Virus record (IMG/VR): IMGVR_UViG_3300032116_000002
Length of the DNA: 64,000 bases
Source: a virus
Lineage: Duplodnaviria; Caudoviricetes
Reading direction: 5' to 3' (one strand)
Each line of letters opens with the position of its first letter. Positions within the stretch are counted from its first letter, which is position 1. Under the pieces are notes generated by a model. The model was not told where the DNA came from. It did not search any database and was given only the letters and a program-made list of their open reading frames with translations. Positions 25,261 through 35,388 of this stretch are shown in pieces. Position numbers and translations under genes: made by a program.

Positions 25261-26361
25261 TTATAATGTTGGCAATTCTTCAAAGTCTACAACGTCACTC
25301 ATAACTCCAATGACATAGTTAGTACTTTCGTTTTCTTGCAGTGCTGTTTGTTTTTTGTTTATATTGACATGTTTATTGAACCATGGAATAGGACTTGTTT
25401 TAGGATGATTTTCTAAATACTTTATACCAATATCTTTTAATCTGTTAAACGCAGTCCAGTCAACAAAATCTTTCAATATATCAGCATTTAGTCCTATAAC
25501 AACACCTTTACTAAAAAGATAGTCGGCCCAAAGTTTTTCTTCACGAATAACTTCTAAGTATAAATCGTAAACTTCTTTTTCGCATTCAATTTTTGCTTGT
25601 ACAAATCGTGGGTCATCTTTGACTACGTTATTGATTAGCCAGGCTGTCCATTCTGTATGCAATAATTCATCTTGTAAGATAAGGCTAATAATGTTGCCAT
25701 TACCAATATAAATCTTATTCTCAACCATCGCAAGACTTGTAGCGAACGATACCATAAAGCGCAATGCTTCCAGTGCATAGCTAGCATTTAATGCTAACCA
25801 TATTGCCTTTACATGCTCCATTTCAGGTATTACTTCACCTGTTTCTTTACGGCAATTAAGTTGATGCAAATCTTCATAGTAACGACCGATGTTAGCAGCC
25901 ATGTCTATAATTTCTTTTGTATCATGTATCTTGTTAAATTCTTCTTTAGGTACACCATACACATTACGAATAATATGACTATATGATTTGCTATGTATAT
26001 TTGTTTCAAAGAAACTCCAGTTATTAACTAATGCTTCTAGTTCTGGAATACTAATAACAGGACCAAATACTTGTGCTGGTGCACGACCTTGAATACTATC
26101 TAATGCTGTTTGTCTTAGTAAATTACTAGTAAAAATATGTTTTACTGCTTCAGTTGCTTCTTTATGGTCTATCTTATCTTTTGTCAATGTAACTTCTTCA
26201 GGCACCCAAAAGAAACCACGTGCGGTTTCTTCATACTTTGCAACTTTCGGGTACTTGACTTCTTCAAATCTTTGTACAGTTACAGGTCCTTCAGGATCTA
26301 AAAACATCGTGCGTTTTAGATAGTTTACTTGCTTGTTTAAATTATATTGTTCTCTACTCAT
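25261..26361 (-). CDS. nrdB: Class Ia ribonucleotide reductase beta subunit
   Basis: FFWVPEEV, LDSIQ, IHSKSY, LEALRF, DELLH, QENESTNY. Confidence 0.96.
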   Translation of the reverse strand: MSREQYNLNKQVNYLKRTMFLDPEGPVTVQRFEEVKYPKVAKYEETARGFFWVPEEVTLTKDKIDHKEATEAVKHIFTSNLLRQTALDSIQGRAPAQVFGPVISIPELEALVNNWSFFETNIHSKSYSHIIRNVYGVPKEEFNKIHDTKEIIDMAANIGRYYEDLHQLNCRKETGEVIPEMEHVKAIWLALNASYALEALRFMVSFATSLAMVENKIYIGNGNIISLILQDELLHTEWTAWLINNVVKDDPRFVQAKIECEKEVYDLYLEVIREEKLWADYLFSKGVVIGLNADILKDFVDWTAFNRLKDIGIKYLENHPKTSPIPWFNKHVNINKKQTALQENESTNYVIGVMSDVVDFEELPTL

Positions 26362-26560
26362 CTGTTTCTTCTTTAGAAGATTCTATAATCAAATCTCCAT
26401 TCTCCACGTAAACGCTATCTATATCTGTTTCTGACAACAACATCAGAACCATTTCCTTTTCTATTTCTGGTATATTAACTTCTTCAGTAATCCCATGTAA
26501 AAATAAAAATGATTTTATTTTCTCATCAATTGTGAGATCATTATTACTAATTAATTTCAT
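26354..26560 (-). CDS. Small acidic hypothetical protein
   Basis: 68-aa ORF coupled between aceA and nrdB. Confidence 0.65.
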   Translation of the reverse strand: MKLISNNDLTIDEKIKSFLFLHGITEEVNIPEIEKEMVLMLLSETDIDSVYVENGDLIIESSKEETDE

Positions 26561-26562
26561 AA

Positions 26563-27768
26563 TTAGAATTGATCGTGTTCGGTTGAAGTTTTGTTTGCTA
26601 CGGTTGACGTTGCACCAACAGCTTCACTAATTAAGTCAAAATAACTAACACCTACTTCACGTTGATGTTTGACTGTAGTAAATCCTCTGCTTTGTGCCGC
26701 AAACTCACGTTCTTGCATTTCACTGTAGCCAGCCATACCTCTTTCTTTGTATGCTTCTGCTAATTCGAATGTGGCGAGATTTACACTGTGGAAGCCTGCA
26801 AGTGTAATGAATTGGAACTTATAACCCATAGCACCCAATTCACGTTGGAATGTTTCGCACTCATCTTCACTTAAGAATTTACGCCAATTAAAACTTGGGC
26901 TGCAATTATATGCAAGCATTTGATCTGGATATACTGCATGTATTGCGTCAGCAAACTTCTTAGCCTGTTTCAAATCAGGTGTAGAAGTTTCAAACCACAA
27001 TAAATCTGCAAAAGGAGCATATGCAAGGCCACGACTGATGCAAGCATCAATTCCATTTCTGAATCTGTAGAATCCTTCTTCTGTTCTTTCATTAGTGACA
27101 AACTCCTTATCTAAAGGATCATGATCGCTTGTAATTAATGTAGCTGCCTCTGCATCTGTTCTTGCCATAATCACAGTGTCAACACCTGCAACATCTGCTG
27201 CTAGTCTTGCTGCATTAAGTGTACGAATCATTTGACTTGTTGGTACTAATACTTTACCACCAAGATGTCCGCATTTCTTTTCGCTTGCTAACTGATCTTC
27301 AAAGTGTACTCCTGCTGCACCTGCCTCAATCATGTGCATCATTAATTCATATGCATTTAATGCACCACCGAAGCCTGCTTCAGCATCAGCAACGATTGGC
27401 AAGAAGTAATCTACATCAGTCTTACCTTCGCTATAATCAATTTGGTCTGCTCTACGAAAAGCATTGTTAATACCTTTTACTACTCTAGGAACACTATCAA
27501 CTGGATATAAACTTTGATCTGGATAGGTAGTATTACTTGTGTTGTTTGCTGCTGCTACTTGCCATCCACTCAAGTAAATTGCTTTTAATCCTGCTTTAGC
27601 ATGTTGTACTGCCATTTGACCATTATAAGCACCCAATGTGTTAATGTATGGTTCTTTGTGAAGCAAATATCTTAATTTTTCTGCGCCTCTTTTTGCAAGG
27701 GTGTGTTCAATCTGTACTGTACCTTGTAACTTTCTTACTGTGTCCTGTGTGTAATTACGCTTAGTCAT
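26563..27768 (-). CDS. aceA: Isocitrate lyase
   Basis: [51 protein letters not shown]. Confidence 0.97.
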   Translation of the reverse strand: MTKRNYTQDTVRKLQGTVQIEHTLAKRGAEKLRYLLHKEPYINTLGAYNGQMAVQHAKAGLKAIYLSGWQVAAANNTSNTTYPDQSLYPVDSVPRVVKGINNAFRRADQIDYSEGKTDVDYFLPIVADAEAGFGGALNAYELMMHMIEAGAAGVHFEDQLASEKKCGHLGGKVLVPTSQMIRTLNAARLAADVAGVDTVIMARTDAEAATLITSDHDPLDKEFVTNERTEEGFYRFRNGIDACISRGLAYAPFADLLWFETSTPDLKQAKKFADAIHAVYPDQMLAYNCSPSFNWRKFLSEDECETFQRELGAMGYKFQFITLAGFHSVNLATFELAEAYKERGMAGYSEMQEREFAAQSRGFTTVKHQREVGVSYFDLISEAVGATSTVANKTSTEHDQF

Positions 27769-27777
27769 AAATTCTCC

Positions 27778-30096
27778 TTAAAGTACGCAAGCTTCACATG
27801 CTTCTTCATCTTCCAATTGTTCTAACTTAAATTCAATAATATTATCATCTTTTAATGCTGCTTTTGAACCCATTTTGTTTATTAGGCTATAGTAAATGGT
27901 CTTTAGTCCCCATTTATATCCTAGCATTAAATTTTTGGCAATTAATGTGCCACTTACTTTACCATCAGCAAAGTAGGCAGGATTATAGAAAGTATTAGTA
28001 CTAATACTTTGATCTATATATGCTGCTAAAACTGCTGCCGTTTTTAAATAATCTACACAATCACTTTGCTCCCACATCAATTGATAACGGTTCTTTAATC
28101 GTTTGTATTCTGGAACAACTTGTACAAAACTACCAGCTTTACTTTCTTTGACACTAATAAGTTCCATTGGTAATTCAATACCATTCGTAGAATTTAATAC
28201 TACACTAGAACTTTCTACGGGTGCGATAGCCATTAATGTACCATTACGAATACCATACTTTTTTAGTTTCTCTCTTAGAGGTTCCCAATCTAGGCTAGGA
28301 TTAAAGTCAGTGAGTTCATTGACACCTTCTGCTCTACGCTCCCATGGGAAAATACCTTTACCATAATATGTATGTTCGCTTCTCTTACATGGTCCTCGTT
28401 CTTGTGCAAGTTCAACACTTATTTCAGTTAGATAGTATGCCTGATGCTCCATCCAACGTTTTACTTCTGCAAGTCCTTCTGGTGTGCCATATCGTAAATG
28501 ACGCTTTGCATGCCAATATGCAAGATTAGTAATGCCTACGCCCAATGGCTCAAAATCTTCATTAGCTAGTTTGCTTTGTACGCTTAAGAAATCCTGATAA
28601 CCTAATAGATTACTTAGACTACGCACTAATACTCTACACGCCTTACGCATATCTTGTGGCGATTTAAAAGCTCCCCAATTAATGCTACCTAATGTGCAAA
28701 GTGCTATGCGACCATTTATATCTTCAATACGCTGAAATGGTTTTGTAGGTAATAGAATTTCTTGGCAGAGATTACTCTGATAGATAGGATCTGTTTTAGT
28801 ATCAAATGGTCCTTGATTAATAACATTATCAATGTTAACCATATAGATACGACCTGTATCTGTTCTTTCTTTTAGTATACCATTCTTAAATATCTCAACT
28901 GCTGGTAATACTTTCTTTTTTATATTTTTATCTTTTTCATATTTGGTATACAATTCTTCAAATAGTTCTGTATCACTATAATATGCTTCATATAAATCAG
29001 ACACTTCATGTGGATCAAATAGTGATATGTTTTCGTTATTCTTATAACGATTCCAAAACATCTTGTTGACTACTACACTGTAGTCTAATTGTCTAACACG
29101 TGTTTCTTCTGTGCCCTGATTATTTTTTAATACAATTAAATCTTCAAACTGATAATGCCAAATTGGAAATGTTACAGTGCAACTTGCATTACGAACACCA
29201 CCTTGACTGCAACTACGAAGGTCAGCGAACCATTTCTTTAAGAAAGGTATCATGCCTGTATGTTTAATTTCACCATTGCGAATAGGTGCGCCTAATGGGC
29301 GAATACGACCTATTTCTAAACCTATGCCAGCTCGTTTGCTAGCATACTTTGCCATCATCTCACCGGCTGCAAATATACTATCTAACGTATCATCAGAACT
29401 AATAAGCACACAAGAACTAAATTGCTTAGTAGTAGTACCGAGACCGGCAAGTACAGGAGTAGCAAGAGTAAAATGCCCATCACTAGCACACTCATAATAT
29501 TCTTTAACATACTTTAATCTTTTATCTTTTGGTTCGTTGTGAAACGCAGTGGCGGCAGCTATAGCATATCTTACTTGTGGTGTTTCAAATATTTGACCAG
29601 TGGCACGATTTTGTACAAGGTATTTCTCTGCTAATTGTGCGATAGCAGCATATGTATAATTCTCGTCTTTACTATGGTCAATGAATAAATCAATTACATT
29701 CCACTCATCTTCTGTATACCATTCTAGTAATTCACTAGTATACATACCTAACTCTACATTTTTCTTTACAATTTCATATATAGGAGGAGGTGTATATCTA
29801 CCATACACTTCTTTGCGTAGCATACTTACCTTTTGTCTGCCTGCAACGTACTGATAATTTACATTGTGTATGTCTGGATTTTCTGTTTCATCAATTAAAT
29901 CAACCATTGCCTTAAGCAATAATTCATCAATTGTATTTGTTGTCATGCCATCAGTAAATTGTATCTGAGCATTAATCTCAATCATACTTGCACTGACGTT
30001 ATCTATGCCTGCTGTAGCGTATGCTACTTGTCTTTGAATCTTGGATATATCTAAGGGTACTACTTCCCCGCTTCTTTTCTTTACGTGTATATTCAT
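27778..30096 (-). CDS. nrdA: Class Ia ribonucleotide reductase alpha subunit with ATP cone
   Basis: N-terminal ATP cone (VKKRSG), FSSC, SNLCQEI, LCTLG, KTIYY, C-terminal CEAC. 772 aa, with no room for an intein. Confidence 0.97.
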   Translation of the reverse strand: MNIHVKKRSGEVVPLDISKIQRQVAYATAGIDNVSASMIEINAQIQFTDGMTTNTIDELLLKAMVDLIDETENPDIHNVNYQYVAGRQKVSMLRKEVYGRYTPPPIYEIVKKNVELGMYTSELLEWYTEDEWNVIDLFIDHSKDENYTYAAIAQLAEKYLVQNRATGQIFETPQVRYAIAAATAFHNEPKDKRLKYVKEYYECASDGHFTLATPVLAGLGTTTKQFSSCVLISSDDTLDSIFAAGEMMAKYASKRAGIGLEIGRIRPLGAPIRNGEIKHTGMIPFLKKWFADLRSCSQGGVRNASCTVTFPIWHYQFEDLIVLKNNQGTEETRVRQLDYSVVVNKMFWNRYKNNENISLFDPHEVSDLYEAYYSDTELFEELYTKYEKDKNIKKKVLPAVEIFKNGILKERTDTGRIYMVNIDNVINQGPFDTKTDPIYQSNLCQEILLPTKPFQRIEDINGRIALCTLGSINWGAFKSPQDMRKACRVLVRSLSNLLGYQDFLSVQSKLANEDFEPLGVGITNLAYWHAKRHLRYGTPEGLAEVKRWMEHQAYYLTEISVELAQERGPCKRSEHTYYGKGIFPWERRAEGVNELTDFNPSLDWEPLREKLKKYGIRNGTLMAIAPVESSSVVLNSTNGIELPMELISVKESKAGSFVQVVPEYKRLKNRYQLMWEQSDCVDYLKTAAVLAAYIDQSISTNTFYNPAYFADGKVSGTLIAKNLMLGYKWGLKTIYYSLINKMGSKAALKDDNIIEFKLEQLEDEEACEACVL

Positions 30097-30108
30097 TTTC
30101 TGCCTAAA

Positions 30109-30543
30109 TTATAGTTTTTCTAGTAATCTGTTAAGATTAATACTGCGAGTGATGGTAAAGTCTTGTAGACAGTTATTTACTACGGTGTTGGGCCAGTAAT
30201 TAAGTATATATTTTGCGTCATCAACTAGGACTAATACTACATCGTTACCCATATTGTCTACTGCTTCTACCAATTCAAATTTTTTCTCTCCGATCATATG
30301 TAAAGTATAACAAATTCCCAATGCTCTTGCTACATAACAATATTGATTTTCAACCAATAATTCCCATGGGTTGGGCCAATTGTCTATATCAAATGTATGC
30401 AAATAGTGATTAACTAATGGAGTTTTTTGCCAAAAATCATCTATCTGTATACATTTTTCAAGTAAGGGTAAATCAATTACCGATTCTTTTAAATCACGCC
30501 AAGCCTTTAATCTTATCTCATACGATAATTGAAATATATTCAT
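30109..30543 (-). CDS. Possible transglutaminase-like (BTLCP-like) protein
   Basis: WPNPWELL..N.YC..ARALGICYTL resembles W.TP.E....GDCEDYAI..Y.TL. Confidence 0.4.
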   Translation of the reverse strand: MNIFQLSYEIRLKAWRDLKESVIDLPLLEKCIQIDDFWQKTPLVNHYLHTFDIDNWPNPWELLVENQYCYVARALGICYTLHMIGEKKFELVEAVDNMGNDVVLVLVDDAKYILNYWPNTVVNNCLQDFTITRSINLNRLLEKL

Positions 30544-30570
30544 TTTTATTATTATAGAATGTGTTAACCT

Positions 30571-30599
30571 ATTATAGTATTAAAAAGTTAACCTGTCAA
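30571..30599 (-). promoter_or_regulatory. Perfect sigma70 promoter TTGACA-17-TATAAT driving the nrd/aceA operon
   Basis: -35 at 30594-30599, -10 at 30571-30576; GTTAACCT direct repeats at 30563-30570 and 30587-30594. Confidence 0.85.
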
Positions 30600-30666
30600 A
30601 AGTAAAGGTAAAGTTATGAATAATTAAGATTACTAAATTGTAAGTATATAGTAACCATTTAAATTT

Positions 30667-31770
30667 TCAAAATGTTATTGAGCCATTACCTGTAAACCGA
30701 TAAGTTCTCGTTCCTGCTACGTTACCCACAGTAGGTGACCCTGTAGTTGAAGATGCTAAACTGTGAGCATTTGGATATGCAATAATAACTACTCCGGAAC
30801 CACCTGCAGCATTTGTTGCCCCGCCACCACCACCAGTGTTTGCTGTGCCTGCTGTTCCTGCAGCAGATATTGAACCATTGCCACCGCCTCCTGCACCACC
30901 TGTAGGTGCTGTGCCTGATCTTGAGGATCCTCCGCCGCCCCCCGCGTAAGTTACAGCAGAACCTGTCAGAAATGAAGTAGCTCCGGCGCCACCATTACCA
31001 CCTGTATTATTATTTGTACCACCGCCTGATTCTCCGACCGCACCTGCGCCGCCGCCTCCCCCGGATCCTCCACCATTGGAGGCACCGAAGAATGTGCCAT
31101 TACCACCATTGTTACCTTGTTGTGGATTAGTTGAGGGTGTGTTCCCGGCACCTCCTGTATATGAACCACCAAATCCGCTTCCGGCTCCCCCACCGCCCGA
31201 TCCACCTGGGGATCCATTAACAACACCGTTTGCATTAATGCCGCCAGCTCCTCCACCTGCAGCAACTATTCCCGGAGACGCAAAAGTTCCAACTGACCCC
31301 CCTACGATTAAAGAAGCCACCCCAGTAACACCTTGTGTGCCGCCTGCACCTACAGTAATTGTATATGTAGTTCCGGGAACTATGTTTACCGCCGGTCCTG
31401 TTCTAAACCCGCCTCCGCCTCCGCCTCCGCTACTACTACCACCTCCGCCACCAACGACTAAATAAGTTACCAACGTTGGGGGCTGAGAAGGTGAAAATGA
31501 TAACCAAGCTGTATTGTTATAAACTTCAAATCTTAAAGTATCAGTGTTGAATCCTATTTGACCTAAAACAGGCCTAGTAGGTCTATCCACATTAGACCAT
31601 GTAGGAGTTGATACTCTACCAAAACTAGGCATTGCTAACCATTGAGGTAAGCCATTATAGGCTATGTATTTGTATAATATTGAGACAGTAGGATTGTACC
31701 ATTCATCTCCAACATTAGGAGATACTGGTTGATTAGTATCCTGTGTAAATTGTTTAAATGTAGTGAACAT
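30667..31770 (-). CDS. Glycine-rich virion protein
   Basis: N-terminal P..P.VGDEWYNP anchor, YLVVGGGGG, long GG/GA tracts, C-terminal YRFTG.GSITF. Start at ATG 31770. Confidence 0.8.
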   Translation of the reverse strand: MFTTFKQFTQDTNQPVSPNVGDEWYNPTVSILYKYIAYNGLPQWLAMPSFGRVSTPTWSNVDRPTRPVLGQIGFNTDTLRFEVYNNTAWLSFSPSQPPTLVTYLVVGGGGGSSSGGGGGGGFRTGPAVNIVPGTTYTITVGAGGTQGVTGVASLIVGGSVGTFASPGIVAAGGGAGGINANGVVNGSPGGSGGGGAGSGFGGSYTGGAGNTPSTNPQQGNNGGNGTFFGASNGGGSGGGGGAGAVGESGGGTNNNTGGNGGAGATSFLTGSAVTYAGGGGGSSRSGTAPTGGAGGGGNGSISAAGTAGTANTGGGGGATNAAGGSGVVIIAYPNAHSLASSTTGSPTVGNVAGTRTYRFTGNGSITF

Positions 31771-31771
31771 T

Positions 31772-32071
31772 TTATGACGTTGGGAACGCAACCCATGCGT
31801 TTGATATGAACGCTTCAACTACGTTAGTAGTAGTGTTGAGTCCCAATGTTCCTGCTGCGGGAGTGGTAGGTCTTGTTGCTGTTGTCCAAGAAGGTAATAC
31901 TACTGTAGCAAAGCTAGGTGTTTCTGCCCACTGAGTGGTATTATTAAAATTAGCAAACCTATACAATTTATTTGTAGTAGGATTATACCATTCATCACCT
32001 AATGATGGATTCGGAGGTGCAGATACGTCTTGAGTAAATCTGACACCGCCCTTTGTTTGTCTTGTTGGCAT
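31772..32071 (-). CDS. 99-aa virion protein, paralog of the N-terminus of 30667-31770
   Basis: FTQD..P.P..GDEWYNP...QW...PSF...P.W....RP. Confidence 0.75.
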   Translation of the reverse strand: MPTRQTKGGVRFTQDVSAPPNPSLGDEWYNPTTNKLYRFANFNNTTQWAETPSFATVVLPSWTTATRPTTPAAGTLGLNTTTNVVEAFISNAWVAFPTS

Positions 32072-32075
32072 AACT

Positions 32076-34892
32076 TTACGCCTGTGCTTCTGTCCAACTA
32101 ATCCTAGTATTAATACTGTTTGATGCTGTTGAAGTTACATTTCTAGCAACAATTGTAATAATATCAGGGCCATCTGGATATTTGTTTAACGACCCTGTTG
32201 GGAATGCCAATGCTGTTCCACCACCAAGAATACTTGTACCCAAATCACGAACAAGAGTCAATTCTTGTTGAGTAACACCTGGTGTTGTTGTGAAGAATCC
32301 AAAAATAGCTTCACCACCTGTTACTGTACCTGTACCATTGTGGAAGCACACTTGTGCTAAACTACTACCGCCGGCAGCAGCAAAATTTCCTGAACTTACT
32401 GAGGCATTCAGTAACACTGTGATTAAGAAACAACAGTTAGTTCCTGTAGTGTAGGCATCAATCTGTCGTAAAACCAACTGCATTCGATTAATAATTTCTC
32501 TAGCACCAAGTAATCCAGTTAAACCACTATCTACGCTTGGTGCTACACGAATACTTAGTAACGGTACTGTTGCATTTTGAGCAATATTAGTAGCAGCAGT
32601 TGTTTGACCTGCAACGAAAACAAGTGATTTATCGTCATCATATCTACCATCCATAACTACTGCACTACCCCAGTGACTTAACGTACTTGAAATTTGCGGG
32701 GAATACAATTGTACTCTGATTGGTGCTGTAGCACTGTAAGTGAAGGTTTGTGCTGATGTGGCGCCACCTGTCACTGCACGACTAGTAATTGTCAGCGTAG
32801 TATTTGTTCTCGCACTATAACTAATAAATTCAATAGCTGCACCAGTAGCACCGCTAGCAGTTAACACACATGTACCTGAACTAGGCCATAGTGAAACGTC
32901 ACTTACACTTATAGTTGCGCCTGTTGTTGCACCACTTGCTAAGGTAGCAGTTAAATGAGTATAATACGGTAGTGTGTTCACTTCATATCTAGCGCACATA
33001 TTACCTGAACGCATCCAAGCTTCAGTGTTCAATAGTAAGTTGTTATTGGTAATTCTATGTGCGTATATAACTTCACCACGATTGTTTTTAAATCCAAATC
33101 TTATTGCACCTGCACCATACCAGGCATAATCAATATAAAACATTTGAATTTTTGTTAAATCAAGACTAAATCCACTTGCTCCCGTACCATCACACTTGTC
33201 AATATTCCATTCACTTTGCGGAAATCTAAAATCTCTAGTGACGCTTAATTGACAGTTAGTAGCAGTTGTGCCTCTGAATTCAGGATAAATATGCATGGAT
33301 GTGTCACTAATAATAGTTTGCACCAAATAGGTCATGCCTCGTATTACAATTGAATCACCTGGTTTAAGTTGACTGCTGAATACTGTCCCAGTACCTGTTA
33401 CGGCAGCTGCGCCGTTAGTTACTGCAATAGTACCAGTTAGCTGTAACGTTGAATTGCGCTTTACTGCATATAGTTGCTGTCCATCAAATTCAAAGAAAGC
33501 ACCGTTCTGATTATCAAATAACCCTACACGGCTTCTACTACCATGCCAACTAGTTGGCGCGGCTATTACTGGGGCACCTGTAGCAGGACTTGCACTTGGC
33601 GTACTTAATGCTGTGTAAGTAAATGTTTTTGGTGTGGGAGTTGTTGCTATAGTAAATGTACCGTTATATGCAGCTTGAGCAGCATTTTGTACAGTTATAG
33701 TTGCACCTGATATCATACCATGTGGCCATTTCGTTGTTACTGTTACTGTTGTACCACTACTTGTAACAGTATCAAGCTGAAACGGTGGTTTCATCATTGT
33801 ACCAGTACTAAATTGTGTACCTTTACCAGATTGATAACGGAAGTAACGACGGGTTTGGCGAATAGTTTGATAGCCATGATAACCATTACCTGCAGTAAAT
33901 TGTACTCCACCATCAAATGCACGGTGTGTGATATAACCTAATGCTCTTGTGTATATACTTGCATTTAACACTGCTGTAATTGTACCTGTTGCTGTACAAG
34001 CAAAAGTAAATGTGTTATTAGTTGGTGTACTTGCGACTACCCAACTACCATTCAATGTGCCAGTTGCCCCAGTTGTACCAACAATATAGATACCATTACC
34101 TACTTGTAAACCATGACCATTAGTTGTTGTTACTGTTGCTACTGTACCGCTTAGTGAGATTGCATTAGTAGCTGCTGGAATAGCAGCACCAGTGTAGAAT
34201 GTAGCTGCATTAACATATGATTTAGTGGCATCATATAATGCAGCAGCAGGAGCTGTTGTTACTCTATAAGTAAAACTTGTGTTTGTTGTTACCGTCTCAC
34301 ATACCCACCATCCATCTGCATATGCAGAATCTAATGTACCTTGAACGAATATAGGAGTACCTGCTGCTAGACCGGTCGTACTTGATGTAGTGACTGTTAC
34401 CAATGTACCCGAAGCAGTAATGTTAGAAATACCAGTTATTGGAGTAGTAACATCGAAAAACGCACTAGGACGATTGTTTAATAATGTAATACTTTCCCAC
34501 TTAGTTGGTTGTGTACCATATTCAAAGTCAGTATCAATTAACGCTTGCGGAGTTGATACACGCATTTTGCCAACTGGATCCATAAACGTTTCTGCTGGAA
34601 TCATTTCAATGTAAGTTTCTTCAACTAAAATGGCAAGTTTATCTGTGCTTGCGTGTGCTGCTGTATTATAATTCAACACGATGGATGTAGTTTCTAATCC
34701 TGAACTTGTATTAACAGAATTTGTGAAACTACTTGCCGCTAATGACGGGTCACTGAAATTATAAATTACTGTGTTTCTAGTAACATTCGTAATCAACATT
34801 AATTGTTCACGGCGTATATATTTTCCGTTAACAACTATTGTACTTGTACTTGGGGTGAAAGTATAACTTTCTAAAATTACATGCTTTGCCAT
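32076..34892 (-). CDS. Large virion structural protein with three FCCH-like beta-barrel repeats
   Basis: Three SGT..TVTT...HG...G..I.V.......NG........TFTY repeats; Thr/Ser/Gly-rich. Confidence 0.75.
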   Translation of the reverse strand: MAKHVILESYTFTPSTSTIVVNGKYIRREQLMLITNVTRNTVIYNFSDPSLAASSFTNSVNTSSGLETTSIVLNYNTAAHASTDKLAILVEETYIEMIPAETFMDPVGKMRVSTPQALIDTDFEYGTQPTKWESITLLNNRPSAFFDVTTPITGISNITASGTLVTVTTSSTTGLAAGTPIFVQGTLDSAYADGWWVCETVTTNTSFTYRVTTAPAAALYDATKSYVNAATFYTGAAIPAATNAISLSGTVATVTTTNGHGLQVGNGIYIVGTTGATGTLNGSWVVASTPTNNTFTFACTATGTITAVLNASIYTRALGYITHRAFDGGVQFTAGNGYHGYQTIRQTRRYFRYQSGKGTQFSTGTMMKPPFQLDTVTSSGTTVTVTTKWPHGMISGATITVQNAAQAAYNGTFTIATTPTPKTFTYTALSTPSASPATGAPVIAAPTSWHGSRSRVGLFDNQNGAFFEFDGQQLYAVKRNSTLQLTGTIAVTNGAAAVTGTGTVFSSQLKPGDSIVIRGMTYLVQTIISDTSMHIYPEFRGTTATNCQLSVTRDFRFPQSEWNIDKCDGTGASGFSLDLTKIQMFYIDYAWYGAGAIRFGFKNNRGEVIYAHRITNNNLLLNTEAWMRSGNMCARYEVNTLPYYTHLTATLASGATTGATISVSDVSLWPSSGTCVLTASGATGAAIEFISYSARTNTTLTITSRAVTGGATSAQTFTYSATAPIRVQLYSPQISSTLSHWGSAVVMDGRYDDDKSLVFVAGQTTAATNIAQNATVPLLSIRVAPSVDSGLTGLLGAREIINRMQLVLRQIDAYTTGTNCCFLITVLLNASVSSGNFAAAGGSSLAQVCFHNGTGTVTGGEAIFGFFTTTPGVTQQELTLVRDLGTSILGGGTALAFPTGSLNKYPDGPDIITIVARNVTSTASNSINTRISWTEAQA

Positions 34893-34896
34893 TTAA

Positions 34897-35325
34897 TTAA
34901 TCTCCTAATGCGATGGTAGTGGCTGAAAATGGGTATCTTCTTGTTTGTTTATTTGCGCTTGTGTTTGTAATGGTTACAACTGCTTGATCGCCTACACCAG
35001 GCGCATTATAAATTATCAAATTGCTACCACTCACTTTATATCCTCTAAAACTATCATAATCTACGATCCAAGGCCATGTGTACTGTGTAACATATGGGCT
35101 TAGAATTTGTCCGTTTATTATTACTTGAACATCTCTTGAATCAACTACATTACTTATACTGTTATAGTCTACTGCTAAAGTAAAGACTGCTTTTGATCCG
35201 TCAAAATATAAGCTTATGTCGTTACAAGAAATAGGCGGAATAAGGCCATTATATAAATTAGCCACATCGAAGGATACATTTCCTACAAAGTTAGTTCCGC
35301 TTGATTTTATTACTGTAAGTGCCAT
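34897..35325 (-). CDS. Virion protein, 142 aa
   Basis: V.INGQ and I..APG beta-sandwich motif; TAAATA at 35344-35349. Confidence 0.7.
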   Translation of the reverse strand: MALTVIKSSGTNFVGNVSFDVANLYNGLIPPISCNDISLYFDGSKAVFTLAVDYNSISNVVDSRDVQVIINGQILSPYVTQYTWPWIVDYDSFRGYKVSGSNLIIYNAPGVGDQAVVTITNTSANKQTRRYPFSATTIALGD

Positions 35326-35388
35326 AATTTGTCTCTAATATTATATTTATCAAGAAATTGATATCAACTGTCTTGAATTCCTAATTTT

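Noticed and set aside
738-29497. Short antisense ORFs of 60-105 aa overlapping long genes (e.g. 738, 2071, 3557, 6606, 13819, 22250, 28103)
   Set aside because: Fully nested opposite well-supported genes, with no SD or motifs.
25261-30096. Intein or intron in nrdA/nrdB
   Set aside because: Both are of ordinary length with continuous motifs.
35350-35374. Palindromes at 35350-35374 and 56603-56618 as terminators or operators
   Set aside because: AT-rich and weak, as expected by chance at this base composition.
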